Of a DNA stretch of 64,000 nucleotides, positions 14,603 through 29,498 are shown piece by piece; the first letter of the stretch is position 1; every line of letters starts with the position of its first letter. The notes beneath the pieces were generated by a model. That model made no database searches. It was not told the DNA's origin and was given only the letters and a program-made list of their open reading frames with translations. The stretch is from Octopus sinensis. Taxonomy: Eukaryota. Where the stretch lies: NCBI RefSeq assembly GCF_006345805.1, contig NW_021832120.1, forward strand, positions 62,001 to 126,000. Direction: 5' to 3'. A program made the translations under genes and the position numbers.

Positions 14603-15491
14603 GTTTACTAATTCACTCAATTCTAATTATTTTATCTTTAACTAAAACAATCTGTTAATTTGTATTGGCATATATCAAGTAATTTTCTCACCAACAACGT
14701 GGGAAAAAGGTTTTTAGCGAGGTGGTGACATTCCGCTTTTGACGTTTAAAAATAAGACTAAATTAGAAACCAAATCAACAAAGATTGTTATTTTGGTTAA
14801 GAAATTTTTCTAAAATTCAAAAACTTTTTCAATTTAATTATTTTTGCTAAGTAATTTTTGAAGTTTACGTATAAAAAAGAGAAAATGTGTCGATTAAAAA
14901 TTCAAGTAAAGGCTAGTGAGGGGGAATATAACAAAAAATACACCCCAGGATCTATAAGTGTCCGATGAAATCAATATTGCAATGACAAGTACTTAAATGT
15001 CAAATACCTACGATAAAATCAATCAAAAATAATGATTGGGGATCTATTTATTTACCCTGACGACTTTATTTAAACCAGATCAAAGAAAAATTCCAGAACA
15101 AATTATTTATATAAAAATTGGGACGGAATTGTTTTACTTTATAAACAGAAAGTTGCGTTATCGTTTAAGCATGGCAAGACCATTTCATCATAAAGACAGA
15201 GAGCAGTCCGCCTACAAAACAAAGTAAATATATGCCTTGTTTGCTAATGAGGGAACCCTCAATAGCACGTTTCCAATTTCATTTATCATCGCTGACCGCA
15301 GTTTGCGCTCGTTACGTGTCTATTTAGAGTCGTCCGGTCCAGCAGTTTTTTACGTGGTGGCATGGACGATTGGAAATATGGACTGAGAGACGACAAAGTA
15401 GCAGGTCATTATTCCGTGGCTGCGTGGTTGCTGATTAAAGTGGGCCACGAATTAAATTTTATTTATTGAACTATTAAATCGACATTTCTAG

Positions 15492-18400
15492 AAAGGTCCC
15501 TCCCCAGTCAGGCCGACCTCAACCTATTTTATCGGAATCAGGGAGCCAAGATTCCTCCAAATTACAACCTCGTGCAGGTATATTAACTTTGAGCTATATA
15601 ACGGAATAACTGATCTGATAATTGTTTGTAGGAGTTTATTTGTATTGCCGAAGATGTCGACGCTACATCTGTCAGATTTCTTCGTACAGAATATCCCCAG
15701 GTTGGTCCCAAAAAGGACTCTCTTAGGACACATCATTGTATGTCTACATAAATGTCTCGATCGACTCCTTCGGGTTGATTTGTAAGAACACGCCTTTAAA
15801 AGGAAAAGATAGGCCGTTCATTAGTCAGAATTTCAGTCTCGTCAGTAATGTAGCAGGTAGTGAGTGTATCAGTGAGATGTGTAGATTTCATCACTATTTG
15901 GAGTGGAAGAGACGTCGTGAAGAGCAGTACTCCACTCAATACAGACAGGATATCAGACAGAGAAATGACAGATCTCAGGGCAATCATGAACATGAGTTGG
16001 GTGTCAGACATTCGAGTAGACTCGGAATATATTCCTGGGACGCTGTTCAAGTGAGCGCGTCAATGATTACGCAGAGTTGCTCTCAAATCTGGAATATTGC
16101 ACCAAATCGAGAAATGGCTGAATGAACTAGAACGAGAAGAAGGACGGGCAATTCTGTTCCTTCTCTCAGTCGAAGTAATGGAGATTTACACGGGGAGTAA
16201 AGAAAACACACGACTTGGCTTTTCTGTGTCCCTCAGTGACCGGTCAGTTTTGGATGTTCGGAAAAAGAGAAAAGTCATCAAAAACCTCCTTTCAAAGCCA
16301 TCCCCTCAAAGCAAGCACGTGATTCGCATGTCTACTACTGTCAGGTCGACTGAAACAGTTCATGAAGACTTTGTTGTAGTTTTTATTATGGGGGAACTTG
16401 AAGAGTTGGGAGGGATTAGGGCTACTTACTCGATGGAGAAGAGGCCCTTCGTTGGGGCCGGTTGTAAGGTCAAGGTCTTTGACTTTGACACGAAGAATGT
16501 CCCCACATTGTACCGCTATGTGTCCATAAAGGACGAGGCCGGATGCGACACGGGCTTTCCAGTTCTACTACACGCCAACTTTTCCGTGAATGATACATCC
16601 AAGACTTTACAACTGAACATTGCCACTCAGACTACATTGAAATATAAAATGAACTCGTCGTGTGCCCGAAACGCCTCTCTTTTGCACGACTGGATACCAC
16701 AAGCTTATATCGGCTTGATCACACATCTTATTGAGCACAAAGTGATCACTCCGTCACAAATATATGCCTTGTTCCCCGACGATCACAAATGGGGCACTAT
16801 TGCCACCATTATTCTCAAGAAGATGGTCAGTTCCAAATCAATTGTGTACATTGATCGTGAAGAAAGTGGTTATTGGACTCACGTCTTGCATGCCCACATA
16901 TTTGATGTGGAGAGTAGTCTGCTTATGAAAGCAATCGTCCTCAAAATTGCCAAAAATTGCCAAGTTCCAATTGCCATGGTTCCTGGGAAAATTTTTAAAA
17001 TAATAAAAATTATACTCGGACCTCAACTACACGCACTCAACCAGAAATCTCTTCGTCCGATTCTCGTTCCTCCTCCCTCGAGTATTTATCACGTGAGGAA
17101 AGGATCCATTTGCTGCGGTTTATCCTCTCGGATAAACTCTTCGGGTAATGGCCACTTTGAATTGTAGGGAACTCGAGGACATTCGACTTTTGCCACTAAA
17201 CGACGACTCTTTCTCGGCCTTTAGTCGGAATGAAAACACTGCCAAGGTCTACGTCAACACGCATTTGTTGGACTCGGAACTTGTCAGTCTGAAAAGTGAA
17301 TTGTTTGTTCATCGCTCTCTTCCCGTCGACATTCAACAAATCCTACACAATGTGGCAATTCTAGGCACTGTCTTGTTCTGATTTAAAAGGTGTCACTCAA
17401 CTGAGTATTTTCAATAATGCCGAACTGCTGCCTTTTACAAAACAACTGATCGATCAGCGATTTTTTGACATTCCAAATTTCTGCATGGATGTTGCTCAGT
17501 GCAGAGATACTCTCAAGTGTCTAGACGTTTTGTGGAGATATGTTCGATCCAATCTCTCCGCTGAACTCAGAAGTTATTCAAGATTTTTGTTTGTGCCTCT
17601 TGTCGACGAGGAACACCGAGTCCACTTTGTTTCGGTCAATTCGAATAAACCGTTTATATCTGCGTCTTATGGAAATCAGACAATTCCCGACCCCGTTTGT
17701 CTGTTCTTGGGCCGGCTCGGAGTAGTCGTAGTGCGAGATCGAACAATAATAGACACGTTGATGAGTCTGAACTCGGTCACCTCCCGACTCATTCATCAGC
17801 CCGATGGAATATTGGATATACTCAGAGAAATAGCTTCGAAGAATAATCCCCAATATATTAGAAGCCGAATACTCAAATTGCCTCAAGACCTCCAAAATGT
17901 GCTGTTGCAATCTCTCATTCGTGGATATCGCAAAATTCCTCAACAAATTTTTTCATTTCTCTCCATAATTGGATTTAAAGACGTCAGTGAGGGACAGTTT
18001 TTAGAGCCAGTCTATCCCCAACACCAAATTGTTGGCCGAGCTGTGTCCGATTTGGAGAGTACCAGTCCCCGTTTTTTAGATTATAAACGAAGAAATGTGT
18101 TGATTTCCAAATCAGGGTCATCTTTGAGTTTCCACGAGTGCATTGACCCGAATGACATGTTCATGAATCAGCTATTTTCTGGGTTGGACGTCTTCATTGA
18201 CGAACGACAGTACAAACCCAATTTCATTGAAAGTATCCGTAAAATTGGATTTAAAACTCGCGAGAAAATCACTGCCGTGGACGTAGTGAAAATAATTTCG
18301 TCTGCAATCTCCTCCCCAATTGAGTTGTACTGCCAGAAAATCGAGAACCTTTACTTGTTTTGAAATCGAATACCAAATTGCTTTTTGAGAAAGTGGACAA

Positions 18401-21400
18401 ACAAGAACTGCAGACTTATTTAGTTTCAGCCAAGTGGTTGAGACATGCAAACCACCGCCCTTCGAAGTATCCGTCGGCTCTGCTTTGGCACGGAGGGGAT
18501 GAAAATCGACTGTATGCTCCATGCAGTCTCCAACAGGAGAAATATTCGTATTTTGTTGGGAGTGTGTTGGGAGTGCACATTTTTGATTTCTCTCCAGAAT
18601 TGGCATTCTTATTGTCCATTGACACGTTTCCTCCATTTGAAAGAATATTCGAACACTACCAAAACATTATAAACCTTCAAGGCGTGGTTGAATCAGACAT
18701 TTTTGAAGATTACATCACAATTTACTATACAAAGTTGATTTCGCATATCCAAAACGGTTTGATTGACTGTTCGAAACACTTTCCGAAAAATTGGTTGTGG
18801 AATGGTTACCATTTTGTTGACTCGAAGACACACTGTTTGTATCTGACCACGTTTTTAAGTCCTTTCACAACCATTTTGCGGAAGAATGCGGTTATGTACA
18901 AAGAGACTGTACATGCATTTTCAGAATACATAAAAAATAAATATTCCAACAAGTCGTTTAACATTCTCCAAGTCCAGACTGATTTATCTCTTATATTTTC
19001 TTCACTGCAGGACTTGATCGACCATACTCCTCCAGAAAGTGTCGTGGAAAGGGAACAGCTTCTGGTCCCCGTGGAGTCAAATGTCTCGGGGAAAATCACT
19101 CTTGTGAGTGTTAAAGAGTTTATCGAAGGACGGACTAGTCCGAGTCCCTCATTTGCTCTACACTCACAATTTCCCGACAAACTTCTACAACAATTGGACT
19201 TGGAAAGATTTGTAAAAACTACTTCTCGCATTGACAAAGACAGTATTCGCCATATCTCCAGACAGATCTTCCGCCTGGCTGAATACTGCGGCTCGTCGAC
19301 GATTAAGATCGTGTACGACAGAAAGATTAGCAAGTCCTTGGGATTTATAAATCATCTTTTTCCAAAATGTGAGTCACTTTGGATATATTACAGTTCTGCG
19401 ATTCCATGCAGCAATTTTGAAATGATTCATTTTCTTAAAAAATTATCACAAACAATTTTCGTCGCAAGTGGAAACAAAATGTTTTTCCACGATTTCTGCT
19501 ATTCCGAAAAGAACCTGGAAATAACTCCCGAGATCACCGTCCTCGAAGATATATTTGTCTTTTTCAAGTCAGATTCAGAGCACAAAAATAGGAATGATAT
19601 ATCTAACTCTGGGACTTTGATATTTTGTCCACTGGAAAATAGAATTCATGAAAATTCTGGCCTCAAAAAAGTGATTTCATTACTCTTTCAAAACATTATA
19701 AAATTGTCTGTCAAAGCAATGTTGTACCTGGATGTGATATATTCAACGTCAATGTATTACAATTGTTCTGACAGCATTCACAAGTCGGAAATTGTCTTTA
19801 ATCTTACAAAATACATCTCCTCAGTCATGCAACCTACCTTGAGGACAAAAAATAAGGAAATACTTGTGCCTTTAAGTAAATTAAAATCTCCAGTCCGTCA
19901 AATCATATCGTTGTACCAGTCTAAAGGCAGTTTTGACGAAGAAGAAAATATTGTCGCTATTTCAATGTTTGACTTCAAAGGAGTAATCACCAAGTTGGGA
20001 AGCAAATTAGTTGGATTTTCCAATATTAAAAATATTGGCGAATGGTTGTGTGCGGTTTCGATTCGTACAGTGATGGTCGACTTCAAGAAAATGTTTTCTG
20101 TGGGTTGTGTGGGAGTTCCTTTCAGTGAAGTCACTGCCACCAATCAAAATAAATCCAAGAGTGAAGACACGATTTTCTCTTCTCTGAAAAGTGAGAAGAA
20201 TGGACTACCCGTTTGCTTGTATGCTGCATTGATGACTACAGAAAACAACGTGATTCATAGCATTCCAGAACACGCGGCCATGTCTAATGACATCTTCACT
20301 GATTCTCTGAGCAATGCATATTTTATTTTCCTGGAATATATCGGCTCTCTGTCCAAGAGTAACCATTATTTTTTTTTCTGGCCTACCAACAATAACTTGG
20401 ACAACAAACATCGCCTGATGACGAGTTGTGTCTATGAAAAACTGTTTTCTGACGTTTCCGCGAAAAATTTGGTATTTTGGGGAGTTGGTCCAACTTCGGC
20501 GGGGATTTCAATATTCGACGACTCAGTTTACGACTGTCCTTTTTACGAAAATATAATTTCTGCCTATGAGAACATCACTAATCGACACGTCGTCAGAAAT
20601 ATTCCAAAACTGATTGTTCAGAACGTAAAAGAAGCAGTCTTCAAGAATTCGAAATGGAATTATATTTTCAGCATTCAGCGCCTCTATCGCGACATCTTTA
20701 TTCCCTCCTTGCATGAAATAGACGCGGAGCTTCGAAATGAACTTGTGATTTATGCTTTGACCACACTTTCCGCCGACTTGGCGTCTCATTTGGAGACAAT
20801 TCCGTGCATTCCAGTCATGAGGGATAAAATAAGACTAGAAGCACCAAAAAACTTGAAGGACCCCATCCTCAGTCTAAAGTTAGCTCAAAAAGGAAAGTTA
20901 TCCTCAGTGGAAGAGACCGACGGGTTATGGGACACAGACAGATTGGAATTTATTTGTTCGATTCGACTGAAAATAAAAAAAGCAAACGAAGTTTCCAAAA
21001 TGCTCAATCAAATTATGCACAACATAACGTTAAATGTTGAATGCCCAAAAAGCATTCGACAAACTATTTGTTTGGCCCCAATAATACCAGTCAAGAATAT
21101 CGCTAATCTTCAGTGTCCCGATTTTGTTAGTTCGAATCAAGCATTCCTTCCTGTTTACGAGTATTGTATTTCGCGGGTAGTTCCAGTGGTTGATCTTGAA
21201 CTTGTCCCGGCGTTGAAAAACGTGGAACTGACCAACTTTCTTTATTTAAATTTGAATGTTCCGTCTCCAGAAATGGTAATTCAGAACTTATTGGAATTGA
21301 AAAAAATTGCTCAGTCAAATATTCCGAGCTCAGTGGATCCAGTAGAGCAGGAGGCTGACAGGATTTACGCATTCCTGGCCGCTTCCTACAACCCTTCGTT

Positions 21401-24400
21401 ATTCGACAAGCTAAAAGACACTCCATGGGTTTACTTCAAGGGAGAGTTCTTGTTGCCTCAATGTCTTTTGTTTACTGGAAGGGTGACTAGTTTCCCGCCC
21501 TTTATTTACAACGTTGTCGGAAGCTATTTGACTAAATATAAAGATTTTTTGCTCAATTTCAATATCAAAACAAACTTCGGGGACCAGGATTACTTGCAAG
21601 TTCTACGCCTTGTAGAAGCGAGTGGACAGAAATTGACAAAAAACAAACTTGAGCATGTTGTGAGGTTCATTTCCGAGTTGGTAAATGAACTAATTTTGCT
21701 TCGAATTGATCCAGTCGAGTATCAAATAGTGAATGGGCCAATTCCATTGCCCGACACGACTGGGCACCTTGTCCCAAGTTCTTGTATTTTATTTGACGAC
21801 TGTCCACGTATATATCACTCTTCAAACCCACTCCTTCATAAAATGATCCATTTATCGATTGCTAACTCCCTGGGCGTTAAAAAGAAGAGTGCCGATATTT
21901 TTCAATTGGAGATGTTCAGTTGTGCAGTTCCCCGCGGGTTAATCAATTTGAAATCCAAATCGGAAACTCAGCACTTCATTGTGTTCTTGAAAAGATTAAT
22001 GTCATATTTTGCACAAATGAAATGTTCCAACATTTTTGTCAGACTTGACTGTCGTAATCATTTCCCTGAAAACTTTTTGGATGACTGTGGGAAGCTTTTG
22101 GATCCATGTTTGTACTTTCGCGTGAATAGAGTGATTACAGATCCCCAAATAACCGATTTCCTAGAGAAATTGAAACTAACTCAAATCCATAATCAAGAAA
22201 AGACTGGGCTTTCTTGTTCTCTAGAATTGTTCCATTTTGTTTCGGTGTATTCGGTCGACGGAAATGATTGGTCTTTTTTTACTATAGAATATTTATTTAA
22301 AGATGGAGAAATCACCAGTAGAGTTATCAAAAAATACAAGAACACTGCACTGTTGAATAAATATTACCCGAAACTACTAGATATATTTGATATTGGCTTG
22401 CCTTGCACATTTCCCACAACATTTATCCGTTTTCGATTAAATTCAGACGAAAATATTCAAATGGTCAGGATTGCCTTAGACGAGTTCCGAGACATAGTTG
22501 TTGAGAAAATCATTTTAATGGAACCAATTCAGGTCGTTTCTGTTGACTGTATCGACATTGACGGCAATTTGAGTGATTTATATTCTGTCTCTGCTACTTT
22601 CAATACTCCCGATTCAAAATCTTACGAAAGGTACTGCAGTCGACTCAGCAAAGACCGAAATGAATACTACAGCGGAAACAGGTCTCTAATAAGCAAGGAC
22701 TATTGCACTTATGCAGTGTCTGTAACTCTCACCAACCAACGTATTTCCAATTACTCGTGGCTATGTTGTTCTATGCACGGAACTGATTCCAAAGTTTATT
22801 CCAAACACACCAATCAGCAAAACAGAAACGAATCATTTCCCCACATAAATGTGGCAGTGAATTATGAGACCAACTATTGTCAGATTAAGAATTCAAGTTT
22901 ATCTCCCGCAAGGATACTGATTGGTGGAATGACTGTCGATGAAGATTTCGAGGCAACTTATCTTGGCTCGGAAAAAATGACTGCTCTAAGTTTGACTGTG
23001 GACGCGTATCTGCTGATAATGGATGAGATCAGAACTCGTGTATGTCTCACAAGTGACTTGACTCGTGATTATTGGCGATATTTTCCCACTGTCGACAATT
23101 GTTATTTTGTGGATGACGACTGCACTGAAGAATTCCTATCTGATTTCTACAATTTTTTGGTTGATTCTGTTGCATATTTCCCATATTTGAACCAGGAGAG
23201 AAAACAAGTCGAGTTTATATCGTCTCGGGCTTTATTTTTTTACGATTTAAACCAAAATTTGGACAATTTTTCTATTCTTCAGAATTCTTTGGACAGTTGG
23301 GGAGTTCACTTGATAAATGTCACGAGTTGTATGAAAAATGACCTTCCAAAGAAAATTCTCCAAAATAGATGTTTTACATTCGAGAATATTCTGAAATATT
23401 TTGAAAAGTATCCTGAAATGCCGGTATTGGATCTTTCTTCAGAGAATAAAATTGTGACGGATTTGTCAAATATTCTAAATTATTTCATTTCTCAAAGTCA
23501 ATGTAAAGTTGACTTGTGCGGAACTCCTTTTATGTTTACCGCAGATTCCACAATGCAGATCGCAGACTACCAAATGCCCAAATATTTGTTTGAGTACAAC
23601 GAACTGTTTGGAGATTGCCAAAATATGTTTGTTCATTCAAAAATGCTCGAAATTTACACAAATCCAAAGTTTAGATTTTCTAAAATATTTCGTGAGTTTG
23701 ATCCCGAAGACCTAAGTTTATGTCTTTTGAAAAAACATGAAAGGTCAGGTACCAGTCCGTTCTCCACCGACGAACTTTGGACAATGTGGAATATAATTGA
23801 CTGTGTCTTCATTGATTATTCAAAGAAAGTCGATGTGAACGATAAGGACGCACTAATTAATTTATTCACTGCAGAATTTCGCAATATTGACCGTCTGCCT
23901 ATTGTGCCTGTTTTAATCAAAAACTTGGATAACAAAATGGAAAAACACTTTTTGAGCATTTCAGATCATTCGGAGATTTTTATAATTCCCGAAGAAACGA
24001 ACGAGTCAGTAAAAGAGTTTATTGAGAACTCTGGAATTAGCCAACTTGCCAAACCATGTTCTGACTTGTGGTCCTTTTCCCAGTTGGTCCACTCGGTTGA
24101 CGACCTGTCCTATTTTGAAAACTTCCTGAAACTAATTGAGAGGTCTACTCCCACTTACCAACAACTTGTCCCATTGCTCGGACATATTTCCTATCTTCTC
24201 AGCCTCGCCAAAAAAGAGGACTGTGACCAGGCTCGCACTCTTTTGTTAGGCCACGCAATATTCCCTCTTTTTGATGGCTCTATTTGCATGCTTGGGAAAC
24301 GATTGGCATACATTTACTCAGGAACTGACATTCCTGCAACAGAATCCTCGACTTGGTGTTGTAGTTCAGAAGTGGCTCTCCTTGGTTTTGAATTATTCCA

Positions 24401-27400
24401 CTTTCAACCTCTTCTGAAGATATTGAACTGCATTGATGTAAGTAAAGCGACTGTCTATGTCAAAATGATACTTCCAAATTTCCCCAAAATGTTCCCTTCT
24501 ACTCAAATGGAGCATTTAAGTTACATAACCAATTTCCTTCTGAATGGACAAGTCTCCGATGAAGAGAAAGCCTTAATCGATTCGACTCCGTTAATATACG
24601 ACCAACACAAACAACTTAGACGACCGAGTGAACTATTCGTCCCCGACAATGAACATTATAAACGTGTTTCTACTCTACTTCCATCGATGCATTTCCCAAA
24701 TGAAGAATATTGTAATTCGTCGGTTGTATTAGAAAAGTTTCCAATTCGAGGGAAACTGAGTTCAGAAAATGTTTTATTTTTGATTTCCACTGTGTCTTGT
24801 ATGTTGAATCAGACACATTTCGATCATGAAGAAATGATCGAACTTTCCAAAAGCGCGTTTTATTGCTGTCTGGATTTTTGTACTGAGCAAGACATCAACA
24901 AAATATCCACTTTTGAGTTCATTCTATCCGACATAAATAGTCCATTTGATTTGTTCAGCTCTAATACCCAACCAACCCCGATGTGTCTAAGAGGAAGTGT
25001 GTTATCTTCGCGTGGGTCTATTTGCTGGACTGAGTGTCCAATCCTCCCACATTGGATATTTCCCACTTCACAGACCCGTACTTTTCTGACCCTTGCTGGA
25101 GTTCAGTTCGATGTATTGCCCACCACAGTTGTCAAGAATCTGTCAAACATTGCTAATAACATTGCAAGTACCCAAAACGAGAATATATTCGCTAAGTTGA
25201 TTCCCATAATTCACGACAATTTTTCATATCTATCAAAGTCAGAGTTGGACTCTGATTGTGTGGAGACTCTTTGTGGGTTACAAATCATCCCGACCAATTC
25301 GGGGTCCTTCCTAAATCCGAAAATGGTTTTTTTCAATATCAATCAAACGTCTGAAATTCCGTTTCTCATGGAAACTTTGAACTATATTTTTTACGACCTA
25401 AAAACTATTTTGAATATCATCGGGGTTGCCAATCTACCGGACATTGACACATTTATTAAAATCAACAAACAATTCGCAGAAAAGCAGGACCAGTCACCTC
25501 TCAATGCCAACGAACTGCGTTTTATCATGCAATCCACTAAAGGACTCCTCATGGAACTCGTCCGCCGTCCAACCCAGTCAATAAGGAATATTACAGAAGA
25601 TTTGTTTCTCCCTTGCAGGACTGGGGTTCTCTTGGCCTCAAGTAAGGTCGTGTTCCCGGACAACTGTGATCTGCTCTCTCGGATATGCGGCGTGGACTCC
25701 TTTTTGCTGGTAAGTCACTCTGAGTGTCAAATGGACGACGATTCGTTTACAGATGCTATTGGCCGAATTCCGGAACAGTGGAGACCAAAGTTATTATCTC
25801 ATGTGGCTAAAGAGATCATTGATTCAAGTTGTCTGAATCTTAAACCTAAATCTGCTGACGAACTCTTTCCCGCCACAGTGCGGATTCGACTGAGGGACGA
25901 CTCATTTCATTCGGGGGTGAGTCGATTGATGATAGCTGCCGCATACGAGTCAAACTATACGATCAGCGCGGAACAGATTGAGTTATTCCTGGACCGCATT
26001 TGCTCGGTCGAAATAATCCCGCTTTTCTACATAACGACATATCTCCTCTTTGATAAAGAAATCATTCCAGAGAGTGAACATCAGTGCGACTGTTTTTACC
26101 AACCTCCGAACACTGCACGCCCGTCGGGAGTAATCTACGTCAAAAATCGTGTTTCGTCAGAAAATCGAGCACTAATGACAATTTCCACAATTCTCGACCG
26201 CATTTGCAATGGTTATTTGGCGTGTCAGAAAGACAGACTTGTGCATATCCTCTCCTGTCCTTCATATGAAATTACCCGGGAACTCGATTCTATGCTCGTC
26301 CCGACGGAAGAAGAAAGTCTGTGTCTCCCTTCTGTTCTTCCGTCTCCAGGGACTCCAATTCCATCTTCCCAACACGGGTACCTATACGCCAATCAGAGAC
26401 AATTCCACGTGGACGAATATGTGGGGTACATGAAGGGGCAAAAAAGTGTCGTATATGGAAAAATCATTCTCGATTGTAATCCGGTCACTCAAGACTTGTA
26501 CAAACTTAAAATTGGGCCTCTCTCAACGGATGTGGCACATGTTTCTGTGCAAAATCTTTTTAAAATATTTCGAAGTACACAACCCTCAGACTTCACTTTA
26601 CCCGAAGAAACACGTCAAGAACACGACTTCGATGAACAGACGACTAATGACGTGTTCCCGTCTGAGGAGTCGGTCCCAACTACTTATTTCAATAGCTTAC
26701 ATCAGGAAGTGAAAGGGGGTGGGGACTCAGATATAAAGAATATGAAATTTATCCAGGAATACGTGAAAGTTGAGTCTGAAATAAAAAATCAAATCTCTGA
26801 CTTAAAACAGAAAAGCTTGGAAGAAAGAAAAAAAAATATCAAAAAATTAATGTTGCGATGGCATCCCGACAAAAACCCAAACGATACAGAACTGTCAACA
26901 GCTGTGTTTAAACTTATCAATTCGGAAGTGGAGACATCTTGTCTTTTCGACGAATCCAAAAAAAATGTTTGGGAATTTATGGGGCATTCTGATTGGGATA
27001 GTTTTTATGACTCAATACGAAAAAAAGCCAAAGAAAAGGAATCCTCGACACCTTCAAAGGAGACCTCAGAACCGCCAAAAAAAACTTCAGCACAGTCAAA
27101 AGAGACTTGGAAACCATCAAGTCAGGCTTCGGAAACATCAAAGGAGACTTCAACGACCGACGAGCCGGTGGAAGAAGAAAAATCTCAAATGTGGATGAGA
27201 CAGGCTAAGGCTGATTTGGAGACCGCGGCATGTCTTGATTTTAGTAGAACAGGGTCATTTGAGTGGATGGCCTTTATTGCCTGTCAGGTTTGTCTTTCCT
27301 AACAAACCGCTCTAGTCTGCGGAAAAGGTGTTGAAGGCGGCATATGTCAAACTTTTTAACAACCGGACGGTGAACTACATGACGAGTCCCACCATCCTGG

Positions 27401-27612
27401 CATACGACCTTAAGGACCAGACGCTTATGGACTACGCCAAAAAATTGGAAAAGCTGAAATATCGGAACTTTAAAGGACTTTACCCAGAAAAAGAAATTCC
27501 CCACGAAACCGTAACAGTAGAGCAAGGACAAGAGGCAGTGCTCTTTGCCCAAACATTGTTTGACTATATCAGCTCAACATATTTTTGTGAATCTTCTGTG
27601 GATTCGACTTAA
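15492..27612 (+). CDS. SACS: Sacsin-like giant protein (three degenerate Hsp90-like repeats, J domain, HEPN)
   Basis: Sacsin-repeat remnants EFICIAEDVDATSVRFL (15632), PGTLFK and ELEDIRLLPLNDDSF. J domain KKLMLRWHPDKNP (HPD at 26862-26870). HEPN WMRQAKADLE...EWMAFIACQ|SAEKVLKAAY, with last intron 27288-27315. The true start may lie further upstream (ATG 15171). One or two apparent frameshifts. Confidence 0.92.
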
Positions 27613-27867
27613 AAACATAAACTAATATTTATTAATAATGTGCAATTTTGAGCACCACTTTAGACATTTTCAAAAATGTGATTGACCAGTTTCCCTAAGA
27701 GTTTTAGGTTTGACTTAAAACTTATTTTACGACATTATTAACAAAACACCCATTCCAATGACTAATTAAATTTGATTAAAAATGGTTCCTGTTTACAACA
27801 ATGCACATTTGAGACATTTCTGACCGACTGCTATTGAATCATTAAACAAAATATTTGTAAAAAATGA

Positions 27868-28922
27868 CTAGTCAGACCCGCCATACAACTTAATAGTGCT
27901 CACATTGCGATCAACGTCCTCACAAACACACAGAAGAGTATAAGACGAGGGACTCCAAGCAACCATCTGACAATGCCCGGAAGCAATGGAGAAAAGACGT
28001 GTGCCTACATTGAGTACACAAGCCACTACCATTACTAGACAAAGACACATCAATATTACTCTCCTCGTCAGAACTGGCAGCCAACAAATTGCCATCGTGA
28101 CTGAACGACACAGACCTCACCGGCCACTCAGACCTTCCTTAGTGCCATAAACTACCTCAGTTGGGAATATAAGCACATATTGGCCTGGGAGTCCCACACA
28201 CTGACAGTCGCATCAGAACTCCCCACAGCAAAGAACCTCCCCGTCCTATCAAACTCAATACACTGGCAGGAGGCCGCATGTGCGTTGAGAGTGTGGACCA
28301 CCTTCCCTTGTCCGTACAGGAATAGGGCTATTGAGCCTTCCCCGGTTATAATGTAGAGGAGACTCCCACTCCACCGAATCCCCTTCATGTCCAACCTCAC
28401 CGACACTTTCTTTATCGTCTTCAAGGTCTTTCCGTCCAAGAAGTGGATGGAGGAGTCTCTGCCGACCACAGCCACCACATTCCCATCTCTCGACCAATCA
28501 AAGTGAGTGCTCTCCACTGAGTAGTTAGAAGGACCTACTCTTGCACTTTGAGAGCACTGAGGCAGACTGAATGTCCCACAATCGGAGGGTCTTGTCGTAG
28601 GAGGAGGACAAAAGGAATTGGTCGGAAGAGGGGGAGAATTGTAGTTGAACTACTTCTTCTGTATGTCCAATCAGGGATTTGCTGTTTTGCTGTTTATAAA
28701 TTAGAGTTTGTTTACAATTTTGTTTTGGGAGACTTTAGCGATGATGATTGACTTGTCTGAGGAGTTGAAGGCAATCGAGTCCCCTTGGTTGTTCCACACG
28801 AGGCAGTATATGTGCCCTGCTTGCGTGTAGGGGTTTTTGTTGGCATTGCTAGTAAAAAGAGGCTTCACTCTATTCCGGTAGTATTCCAGAGAATTGTGCG
28901 AAATGTTGTCCACCAAACTCAT
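27868..28922 (-). CDS. THOC3: THO complex subunit 3 (WD40)
   Basis: LNAHAASCQCIEFDRTGRFFAVGSSDATVSVWD and VRSVSFSHDGNLLAASS match THOC3 WD repeats. Multi-exon. Confidence 0.9.
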
Positions 28923-29498
28923 TGTTTAGTTTAATATAATTAAATTATTTTTTTAATAATTTTTCATTTGTTATTAATATTTCATTAATAGTCGATTTTT
29001 AAGCAAGCAAAACAATCAAACGCTGACAAAAAATTCATACCAAGAAAATTCCTCAATGGCCAAAAAACCTTTTTTAATTTTCTTGGTGATAAGTTGCAAA
29101 TACCATCTAACGTAGATCTGGTCTAAACAATAAACACATTCACGAACAAGCAAACACTCTCATTAATTACTACGCGGAAATAAGCCAAATGAATATTAAC
29201 AAAAATAACGAGCTGATCAAAAATACCAAAAACTCGCACGCCTAATCGATGGGCTCTGTACATACCACTTGAAGAATTTAGGCTACGATTCTAACGGATT
29301 ACAGCGCAGATGAACTAAATATTTCACTTCAAAGAACAATCCTGGCATTAATAAACATCAGTAAGGCATTTAAAAACATCGGCAAATCAGCGAAGCCTAG
29401 TCAGGCTCCAAACACACCTGACTGTCTATCAATTTGCTAAGACTTATCCAAATGTTGCAATTTAAAATTATAACCAAGGATGTCTCATTTTTATTTAA

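Noticed and set aside
6925-28922. ALYREF and THOC3 as a TREX-complex gene cluster
   Set aside because: They are 20 kb apart with unrelated genes between; this is compatible with chance in a gene-dense genome.
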